Assembly (NCBI GenBank): GCA_016192435.1
Contig: JACPUD010000082.1
Coordinates: 19,750-51,749 of the forward strand
From: Rhodocyclales bacterium
GTDB lineage: Bacteria > Pseudomonadota > Gammaproteobacteria > Burkholderiales > Rhodocyclaceae
Length of the DNA stretch: 32,000 nucleotides
Reading direction: 5' to 3'
In this document: positions 26,501-32,000 of the stretch, piece by piece
Layout: each line of letters opens with the position of its first letter
Numbering within the stretch: the first letter of the stretch is position 1
Program-made: the position numbers and the translations under genes
Notes under the pieces: generated by a model
What the model was told of the DNA's origin: nothing
What the model saw: only the letters and a program-made list of their open reading frames with translations
Database searches by the model: none

Positions 26501-26679
26501 ACACGTTTGGCGCCGACCTGCCATCGATTTTCGCGCCGGATTTCCGCGAAAAGCTTCTGGCACGCAGCGAAGTGCGGGATCGACGAATCAAGACAATCTT
26601 GCTGGAGGGATCGCAAACATTCCATGAGGGAAGGAAAGTTTTCCGGACGCCCGGCGATAACGGCGCCAGGGCTTTTTGA
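23560..26679 (+). CDS. Multi-domain inner-membrane protein: N-terminal anchor, LamG/ConA-like jelly-roll domain, ~6 TM helices, phosphoethanolamine-transferase (sulfatase/alkaline-phosphatase superfamily, EptA/OpgE-like) domain and a ~250-aa extra C-terminal domain
   Basis: The transferase motifs align to EptA/MCR-1 landmarks: VLVIGESANRDH (metal Glu), YVHTVPALM (nucleophile Thr, codon 25066-25068), VHMMGSHADYRNRYP, YDRSIHYTD, FVADHGE. Hydrophobic segments lie at about 24181-24780. The start was chosen at ATG 23560 (MKALPRLGTILPRLFYLLLSLWAVLLLL). The alternative is GTG 23485, as in the ORF track. Confidence 0.75.
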   Translation: MKALPRLGTILPRLFYLLLSLWAVLLLLRGSPWIGDTERVPDFKGPFMQASPRQYGVLPTRMSRGDKLDIAMEFRIEQELMERMSDQGRQYAGLFQTASGEQGVRIEMGLAPTQYNNWGISIAGQHFDLGRVPATNRWHKLRLVAANRSATLTIDGIRLIRLDNYPDKVRIDVVRAGYGYSPDRLFPGQIRDFSVSLTPYDALADQAQKVVVSILAAVLLLWLIAAVRIGLKNGRNPFDSVPVRWLSALAYLGCFFWLKGHYTTETGQELLTDIALAAVLLVSIQAALDFPPRQLMRQFIVSFAIGLNYCTFAVLMAGASYLRGRADGTETGLTYDEIGVLHQSNVAETLEFFLSSFSLSEKAVILLFPILPSLALYLLARIRLPRWSTTGSAVVGVSGLIASPFLLSTDSGIAATIYGGWQSYSDVERNFSNYRQLRSQASTLEATKRETGETYVLVIGESANRDHFSAYGYFRPTTPWLNQQRKNPNDIFFENAYASYVHTVPALMQALTAANQYTPGSSLSSPTLIEVFRAAGFHTIWLSEQTMSWADTPLHTLAAEASQIIQVRSPGKILPKFRETLQFLDRTRNNLVIVHMMGSHADYRNRYPPDYASNFSRAPEDLGDHAQASEFLDRFLDPYDRSIHYTDHQLAEMDAALSAAQFDKYAFIFVADHGEDVFGQRFHNAANFSFPMTRIPLFMRFSADWVEHNRTKHSQLQQRRSSIFTLDLLFDTMVGLAGIRTRASSAGFDLGHSRYMLNEEIALTMRPPPDSLSGVYTNVVERSIRDDPQRIAQDNLRFLNREFPGRFLANWADSLARASEADALGFAGLEVNVGVPSMHIGHYPEIVHARTLEQYLALPVVRNKHKLWLDLKLESGRAVNESLAAMESLDRRYKLKAHAIIESPEHGLAAFAARGWHTSYYFIPERWPGCLDDEKSRRQCARDLVLVVKEQKLGAVSFDARYYSFIDRYVAPLLPPTVAFHTFGADLPSIFAPDFREKLLARSEVRDRRIKTILLEGSQTFHEGRKVFRTPGDNGARAF

Positions 26680-28043
26680 TTCACACCTTTTGCGTCCCAC
26701 CTCAGATGACCACTGCCCGCTCTCAACCGCATTCAGACAGTCAAGACCCGTCCTTGCATGCACGCACATTCCTCGGCATGTTGCTTGCCGTCGGCGTGCT
26801 GACTATAGCGAACCTGCTTTTTCACGGTATGCACTTCGGCATGGACCTGTATCGCGGGCGCTGGTGCGAGGACGCCTATCTGTTCTTTCCCGGCCCGCTG
26901 TTTCATGCCGAAGACAGGTTCATGGACTATTTCAACATGCAGCATTTCATGCCCGAGTACGGGCAGACATCGGCATTGCCGCCCAGCCTGATCCTGCTCT
27001 ATGGCATCGCCAGCCTGATCACCCGCGCGACTTCGCCGGGCGTTTCGATTGTGATTTTCTCCCTGTTTCAGTTCGGTCTGTTCGCCTACTCAATCGCCAG
27101 GCTGATGGGCAGTCTGCCTGGCGCAGTGTCTTGGAGCATGACGATACGGCTTGCATTTGCCCTGGCCCTGTGTCTGATTTCATATCCCGTCATTTTTGCC
27201 ATCGACCGCGGCAATTTTGCGCTGACGGTATGCAGCATGATTTCCCTCGGAATCGCGGCTCACCTTCGCGGCGAGCGCTGGCAAGCCGCCGCGTGGATCG
27301 GCATCGCAGCCGCACTTCGCATCACGCCGCTGGTATTCGCCGTGGCATACCTCGGCAAAAAGGACTTCCGCTACCTGCTCACCGCGGTTGTCGTGGCCAT
27401 GAGTGCAACAGGAATTGCCATCCATCCGGCCTCCCTTATATTCGAGGGCTATTCGTTGCAGACCTGGATCGACGGATTCGACGGTCACAGCTTCATGTAC
27501 ACGACCTGGCCCAACGGACTCGGCTGGAGTTCGTCGCTTTACAATCTGGTGAGGTTCATCAGGTACCTGGACGGCATCCCGCTTGACACGATCCTTGAGT
27601 CCGCCTATCGGGCGGAGCGACTCTATTCGATGGTCTGCGCCGGGCTGTTGGGCCTGCTGGCATGGAAGCTTCACCGCACCAACGCCGTAACCGGCTTCAC
27701 TTTGCTTTCCCTGGCCTTTGTTGCGCTGCCCCATGTCACTGGCGACTACTATCTGGCCACCTTGATCGCACCTCTCGTAATGATCGCCGGCCAGAGCCGA
27801 ATCGACTACCCGTCGCTAATGCTGCTGATCCTGCTGCTGGTGCCAAAGGACTATTTCTATTACTACTTCCACATCCACAAGTTCAGTGACATCAAGGTCC
27901 ACGACTTCGTCGAATATGTCGACCTGCTCATCATCGGATACAAACCGTCGAGCATACAGTCACTCGTCATCAATCCGATATTGTTGATCTGGCTGGGCGT
28001 GCGGATGTACCTCAAGCCTCCCCCAGAAGCCGCCCAGGCCTAG
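26676..28043 (+). CDS. Polytopic membrane protein, DUF2029/GT87-like (GT-C fold glycosyltransferase candidate)
   Basis: About 10 or more hydrophobic helices. The first loop carries acidic/aromatic motifs (MDLYRG...EDRFMDYF...ALPPSLILLYG) resembling the D..Y...YPP pattern of polyprenyl-P-sugar-dependent GT87/DUF2029 proteins. The TTG start overlaps the upstream TGA (TTGA); ATG 26706 is the alternative. Confidence 0.5.
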   Translation: MIHTFCVPPQMTTARSQPHSDSQDPSLHARTFLGMLLAVGVLTIANLLFHGMHFGMDLYRGRWCEDAYLFFPGPLFHAEDRFMDYFNMQHFMPEYGQTSALPPSLILLYGIASLITRATSPGVSIVIFSLFQFGLFAYSIARLMGSLPGAVSWSMTIRLAFALALCLISYPVIFAIDRGNFALTVCSMISLGIAAHLRGERWQAAAWIGIAAALRITPLVFAVAYLGKKDFRYLLTAVVVAMSATGIAIHPASLIFEGYSLQTWIDGFDGHSFMYTTWPNGLGWSSSLYNLVRFIRYLDGIPLDTILESAYRAERLYSMVCAGLLGLLAWKLHRTNAVTGFTLLSLAFVALPHVTGDYYLATLIAPLVMIAGQSRIDYPSLMLLILLLVPKDYFYYYFHIHKFSDIKVHDFVEYVDLLIIGYKPSSIQSLVINPILLIWLGVRMYLKPPPEAAQA

Positions 28044-28053
28044 AAAGCGCAGC

Positions 28054-30279
28054 ATGAAGTCAAGCTCCGACCTTACGTCAGCAAGCGGGCCGCACGAGAC
28101 AGTGGGGACCCATGCCGCTATCGGCGCGCAGCATCTCGAAGGTGGCCGCCTTGAAGAGGCGGAAGCCAGCTACCACAAGGCACTGGAGATCGATCCGGAC
28201 TTTGCCGAAGCCCATTTCAAGCTGGGCAATATCGCGATGAAGCGCCGGTCGCCGGCAGCCGCGGAAGCTGCCTATCGCCGTGCCGTCAGCGCCGACTCCT
28301 GCCACTTCAAGGCCTTCTACAACCTCGGCAATCTGCTCCGGCTACAAGCGCGCCTCGGGGAAGCGGAGACCTGCTATCGGCGCGTGATCGCCATCGAACC
28401 CGGCTACAGCGATGCACACGTGAACCTTGGCGTCACTCTCCAGGACCAGGGACGCCATGCCGAGGCAGAGGCCAGCTACCGTGCTGCCTTGCAACTCGAG
28501 CCGAACGACGCCGATGCGCTCAACAACCTGAGCCTGTCGCTCAAGGACCAGGAACGGCACGGCGAGGCGGAAGTGTGCTGCCGTCGGGCACTGCAACTGG
28601 CGCCGCGCAATGCGCTGGCCTGGAACAACCTCGGCATCATCCTGAAGGAACTGGGGCGTCTCGCCGAAGCCGAAGCAAGCTATCGCAAGGCACTGGAACT
28701 GGCACCGAACTATGCCGAAGCATTGAACAATCTCGGCGTCACGCTCAAAGCGCAGGGACGACTCGCCGAATCCGAAGCAGCGCTTCGCCGGGCGATCGAG
28801 ATCAGGCCGGCCTACGCCAATGCCTGCAACAATCTCGGTGCCACCCTGTCGCTGCAGGGACGGCATGCCGAAGCGGAAGTGCTTTATCGACAGGTACTGG
28901 AGTTTGACGCCAATAACGCGCAGACCTGGAACAGCCTGGGAGGCGCACTGGCCGGCCAGGGGCGCCCGGCAGAGGCGATTGCCGGCTTTCGCCGAGCCCT
29001 TGAAATCGATCCGGATCTGCTTGCCGCGCATAGCAATCTGCTGTTCACCCTGAACTACAGCGGCAGGCACGACAGTTCCGACCTGGTCGAGGAAGCGCGC
29101 CGGTATGGCCGGGCCGTCAGCCGCAGGGTGACATCCAGATATACGGCCTGGATATCTCCGGCAGCACCCCGGCTCCTTCGCATCGGGCTGGTATCGGCCG
29201 ATCTCAGAAATCATCCGGTCGGATTCTTTCTCGAAGGTTTGCTGGCACATATCGACACGTCACGCATCGAGCTGACCGCCTATCCGACCGGGCGCACGGA
29301 AGATGCGGTGACGGTGCGCATGCGCAAGCATTTCGCCGCCTGGAAACCGATCGCCGATCTGAGCGACGAAGCCGCAGCGCAACTGATCCACTCCGATGGA
29401 ATCCACGTCCTGATCGACCTTGCCGGACACACCACCGACAACCGGCTACCCGTGTTCGGCTGGAAACCCGCGCCCGTGCAAGCCACCTGGCTGGGCTACT
29501 TCGCCACCACGGGCGTCGCCGAAATCGATTACCTCCTAGCTACCGGCACCGAGATTCCGGACACACATCGCGGCCGGTTCACCGAATCGATCTGGTACCT
29601 ACCCGACACCAGGCTGTGTTTCAGCGTACCTCAGTCCAGCATTCCCGTTACCGGACTGCCCGCGCTGCGCAGGGGCTGGATAAACTTCGGCTGCTTCCAG
29701 AATCTGTCGAAGGTGGGCGATGAGGTGCTCGCCACATGGGCCCAAATTCTCGCGGCCCTGCCGGATGCACGACTGCGCTTCCAATGTCCGCAGCTCGCCA
29801 CGCCAGGCTCGCGGCAACAGCTGGCTGCGCGCCTGCAGCAACGCGGCATAACTCCGGGGCGAGTGACGATGCTCGGCGCGGTCGACCGGGAATCCTATCT
29901 GGCGGCGCATGCCGAGGTGGATGTGATTCTTGACACCTTTCCCTACCCGGGCGGCACGACAACCTGCGAGGCCTTGTGGATGGGCGTGCCGACCCTGACC
30001 CTGGCCGGCGAAAGCATGCTTGAACGACAGGGCGCCAGCTTTCTGACCATCGCCGGGCTGACGGACTGGATTGCATCCAGCCGGGCCGAGTACGTCGAAA
30101 ATGCACTTGCCGTCGCCAGGGACCTGGAGTCCTTGGCCCATTTGCGCTCGATCCTGCGCCAACAAGTGCTGGCTTCCCCACTGTTCGATGCGCCGCGCTT
30201 TGCCCGCAACCTGGAGCAGGCGCTGTGGCAGATGTGGCAAGGGTATTTGCCAAACCATCGCGCCGAGAACGGCACTTGA
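28054..30279 (+). CDS. TPR-repeat protein fused to a SPINDLY/OGT-like (COG3914, GT41-like) glycosyltransferase domain
   Basis: About 9 tandem 34-aa TPR units (AEASYRKALELAPNYAEALNNLGVTLKAQGRL and similar). The C-terminal half is LRIGLVSADLRNHPVGFF...DLAGHT...WLGYFATTG...DTFPYPGGTTTCEALWMGVPTLTL, as in bacterial SPY-family transferases. Confidence 0.78.
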   Translation: MKSSSDLTSASGPHETVGTHAAIGAQHLEGGRLEEAEASYHKALEIDPDFAEAHFKLGNIAMKRRSPAAAEAAYRRAVSADSCHFKAFYNLGNLLRLQARLGEAETCYRRVIAIEPGYSDAHVNLGVTLQDQGRHAEAEASYRAALQLEPNDADALNNLSLSLKDQERHGEAEVCCRRALQLAPRNALAWNNLGIILKELGRLAEAEASYRKALELAPNYAEALNNLGVTLKAQGRLAESEAALRRAIEIRPAYANACNNLGATLSLQGRHAEAEVLYRQVLEFDANNAQTWNSLGGALAGQGRPAEAIAGFRRALEIDPDLLAAHSNLLFTLNYSGRHDSSDLVEEARRYGRAVSRRVTSRYTAWISPAAPRLLRIGLVSADLRNHPVGFFLEGLLAHIDTSRIELTAYPTGRTEDAVTVRMRKHFAAWKPIADLSDEAAAQLIHSDGIHVLIDLAGHTTDNRLPVFGWKPAPVQATWLGYFATTGVAEIDYLLATGTEIPDTHRGRFTESIWYLPDTRLCFSVPQSSIPVTGLPALRRGWINFGCFQNLSKVGDEVLATWAQILAALPDARLRFQCPQLATPGSRQQLAARLQQRGITPGRVTMLGAVDRESYLAAHAEVDVILDTFPYPGGTTTCEALWMGVPTLTLAGESMLERQGASFLTIAGLTDWIASSRAEYVENALAVARDLESLAHLRSILRQQVLASPLFDAPRFARNLEQALWQMWQGYLPNHRAENGT

Positions 30280-31772
30280 ATACGGCGACCCGCCATGACT
30301 GGACTCGTCACCCGATCGACGGCCTGACGGTCCTTGGCTTCGCCTACATCGCCTTACCCAACCTGATCTTCATGTTCGGCTGGTTGCGCTGGCCGGTCGC
30401 GCTGGTACTATGCGCCGCCCTGCTGCACCTGCTGTTTCGAGCTCTGGCGGTGCGACCGATTGCCTGGCACTGGAAATACTCTCGCGCCACCACGCTTGTG
30501 CTCCTCGCTAGCGCAGTCGCCTGGGCAGCATTTGGCGGCGGCAGCCACTTCATGTATGCCAACCCCGACTGGGATGTTCGCGATGCCGTGCTCGGCGATC
30601 TGATATTCGCCGATTGGCCGGTGCACTATCTGTCGGCTGACGGCGCCCGGCTCGTCCTCCGTTCGGCGATCGGCTATTTTCTGCCGCCGGCGATGTTTGG
30701 TCGCATTTTCGGCACTGCGCATGTCGATATCGCGGTCTACCTCTGGACCGCGACGGGAGTGCTGATCTTTCTCGCACTACTGCCTTTGCCACGGCATGCC
30801 GGCTGGCGCCTGGCATTGGGCCTGTGGCTTGCAGTGTTTTTCAGCGGCATGGATTTCGTCGGTCAATTGATCGCCACCGAGTCGCTGCCGCAATTTCCGC
30901 TCAGGCTCGAGTGGTGGGTTCCGTTGAGCTACCCGTCGCTGGCCAACCAGCTTCTTTGGGCGCCCAATCACAGCCTGCCGCTATGGATGGGCACCCTGCT
31001 CGTCTTGCGCCATCTGCACAGCCCGGATTTCCTGCGCATGGCTGCGGCATTGCTGCCGCTGACGCTGATATGGACGCCGTTCGCCGCGCTGGGGCTGGCG
31101 CCCTTCTGTCTGCTGGGCGCCGTCAAGGCCGTCCGCCAGTCCGGCTGGCGCTGCATTCCGTACGATTCGGTGGTTTCGGCTGCGATTTTCTCCGCACCCC
31201 TGATCATGTTCCTGCTGCTGGATGCCGGACGGATACATGCCGGCATCGCCACCAATGTAGCGGACGGAGTACCCAGTTACACGCTGCAGGCGGCGTCCCT
31301 GCATTCCTATCTATTGTTCATCGCCTGCGAATTCCTCTTCCTGGCCCTGGTACTGGCTCCGCATGTTCGACAATCGCGGGACGTCTTTGGCCTTGCGCTA
31401 CTGATTCTTGTCGGTCTGCCCCTGCTCCGCTTCGGTCCGTCCAATGACGTGCTGCTGCGACTGTCCGCGCCGCCACTGATCGTTTTGCTGGTGGTCTGCC
31501 TGCAGACCCTGCTCGATCCGGGCCGCCAGCAGACCCGCTCGACACTGCTGCTAGCCTGGCTGTTCCTGGCCATCGGAGCCCATACCGCCTTCAACGAGTT
31601 CTGGCGTGCCGCCACCTACACTCGAGCGCCAGCGGACTACCGCCACACCCTGGCTGAGAAGCAGGACGGGAGGCCTGCGGCGCACTATGCGGCACAGATC
31701 GGCACATCGGCCGCAGGCATATGGCTCAAGCCCCTGGCCAGGCCCGCCAGCGACACACAACGAAATCCATAG
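30276..31772 (+). CDS. Polytopic integral membrane protein of unknown family (about 12 TM; possible glycan polymerase/ligase/GT-C-like)
   Basis: Strongly hydrophobic throughout, with loop motifs NPDWDVRDAVLGDL and LLWAPNHSLPLWMG. The start is proposed at TTG 30276, overlapping the upstream TGA (TTGA). The ORF-track ATG 30225 would overlap the TPR gene by 55 nt. Confidence 0.55.
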   Translation: MNTATRHDWTRHPIDGLTVLGFAYIALPNLIFMFGWLRWPVALVLCAALLHLLFRALAVRPIAWHWKYSRATTLVLLASAVAWAAFGGGSHFMYANPDWDVRDAVLGDLIFADWPVHYLSADGARLVLRSAIGYFLPPAMFGRIFGTAHVDIAVYLWTATGVLIFLALLPLPRHAGWRLALGLWLAVFFSGMDFVGQLIATESLPQFPLRLEWWVPLSYPSLANQLLWAPNHSLPLWMGTLLVLRHLHSPDFLRMAAALLPLTLIWTPFAALGLAPFCLLGAVKAVRQSGWRCIPYDSVVSAAIFSAPLIMFLLLDAGRIHAGIATNVADGVPSYTLQAASLHSYLLFIACEFLFLALVLAPHVRQSRDVFGLALLILVGLPLLRFGPSNDVLLRLSAPPLIVLLVVCLQTLLDPGRQQTRSTLLLAWLFLAIGAHTAFNEFWRAATYTRAPADYRHTLAEKQDGRPAAHYAAQIGTSAAGIWLKPLARPASDTQRNP

Positions 31773-31791
31773 GCGCGCTGCGTGTCAGGCC

Positions 31792-32000
31792 TCAGTCGCG
31801 GCGCGCGGCTTCCGGCGTCAAGCGCCCTTTGTGGATGCTCAGGTAGATATCCTCGAGCGCACGAACGAATCGCTTCGTGTCGAACAGGGGCGCGCTGCCG
31901 CGATCGGCCAGCAGACGGCGCTTCAGATGACCCAGCCGTTCGGGTTGATGGCAAAGGTCGATACACAACTGAAGGTACTCGGGTATCGAGCGGGTGATGC
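31792..32000 (-). CDS. C-terminal 69 aa of a second SPINDLY/OGT-like glycosyltransferase (5' part beyond the right edge)
   Basis: Not in the ORF track. The reverse-strand frame is open from the edge to TGA (31794-31792): ...ITRSIPEYLQLCIDLCHQPERLGHLKRRLLADRGSAPLFDTKRFVRALEDIYLSIHKGRLTPEAARRD*. It parallels the C-terminus of the 28054..30279 product (LASPLFDAPRFARNLEQALWQMW). Confidence 0.6.
   Translation of the reverse strand, partial: ITRSIPEYLQLCIDLCHQPERLGHLKRRLLADRGSAPLFDTKRFVRALEDIYLSIHKGRLTPEAARRD

Noticed and set aside
22900-28100. Impression of lower GC content, suggesting horizontal acquisition of the distal glycan genes
   Set aside because: Hand counts of single 60-nt lines ranged from about 42% (27841-27900) to about 62% (24901-24960), against about 68% in rfbH and about 53% in aprA. 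That is too noisy to support a claim. It needs a proper sliding-window GC and codon-usage calculation.
28150-29050. About 102-nt periodic DNA similarity that could be mistaken for a tandem repeat array
   Set aside because: It is fully explained by the tandem 34-aa TPR units of the encoded protein. The repeat copies are diverged at the DNA level and remain in frame.
30225-30275. ATG 30225 as the start of the last membrane protein
   Set aside because: It is possible but would overlap the TPR-GT gene by 55 nt. The TTG at 30276 gives the same TTGA stop/start overlap seen at 26676. This remains unresolved without experimental data.
1-32000. Search for tRNA/rRNA genes, CRISPR arrays, IS elements or transposases, integrases and toxin-antitoxin or defence-system hallmarks
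   Set aside because: I found no cloverleaf-like or repeat-spacer structures, no terminal inverted repeats flanking a transposase-like ORF, and no recombinase or nuclease motifs. Absence is judged by eye only.

Overview
High-GC, betaproteobacterium-like chromosomal window with two functional blocks and no tRNA/rRNA, CRISPR or transposase that I could find. All family calls come from motifs read by eye; no searches were run.

Block 1 (1-12.9 kb) is a cytoplasmic sulfite/APS module.
- A leaderless molybdopterin oxidoreductase runs off the left edge on the minus strand. It is absent from the supplied ORF track and is possibly SoeA-like.
- A divergent three-gene module is translationally coupled: two unknown small proteins plus a YfcE-type metallophosphoesterase.
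- qmoA-qmoB are followed by soluble hdrC- and hdrB-like genes instead of a membrane qmoC.
- A perfect 22-bp hairpin terminator separates this operon from the convergent minus-strand operon sat-aprB-aprA. That operon ends in an intrinsic terminator followed by a YkgJ-type Cys-cluster gene.

Block 2 (13.0-31.8 kb) is one co-directional, largely start/stop-overlapping glycan operon of about 16 genes.
- It starts with CDP-3,6-dideoxyhexose genes (rfbF/G/H, with the exact E1 Fe-S motif) and an epimerase-type SDR.
- A ThDP enzyme plus a FabG-like reductase follow, an arrangement like YerE/YerF of yersiniose biosynthesis.
- Next come a radical SAM/SPASM protein, a GtrB/ArnC-like GT2, an orphan NeuB-like synthase and GtrA.
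- A 1039-aa fusion combines a LamG-like domain, a TM bundle, a phosphoethanolamine-transferase domain and an extra C-terminal domain.
- The operon ends with a DUF2029/GT87-like membrane protein, a TPR/SPINDLY-type glycosyltransferase and another polytopic membrane protein. A second convergent TPR-GT paralog runs off the right edge.

The most notable observations are these.
- A 20/22-identical AT-rich box lies in the two divergent control regions (Mo-enzyme/unknown module and sat/rfbF). Split copies of its halves lie upstream of qmoA.
- The glycan pathway lacks ddhD and combines branched-deoxysugar, NeuB-like and Gtr-like parts.
- The tri-domain PEtN-transferase fusion has an unusual architecture.
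- A 66-codon ORF is bridged by ATGA overlaps at both ends.
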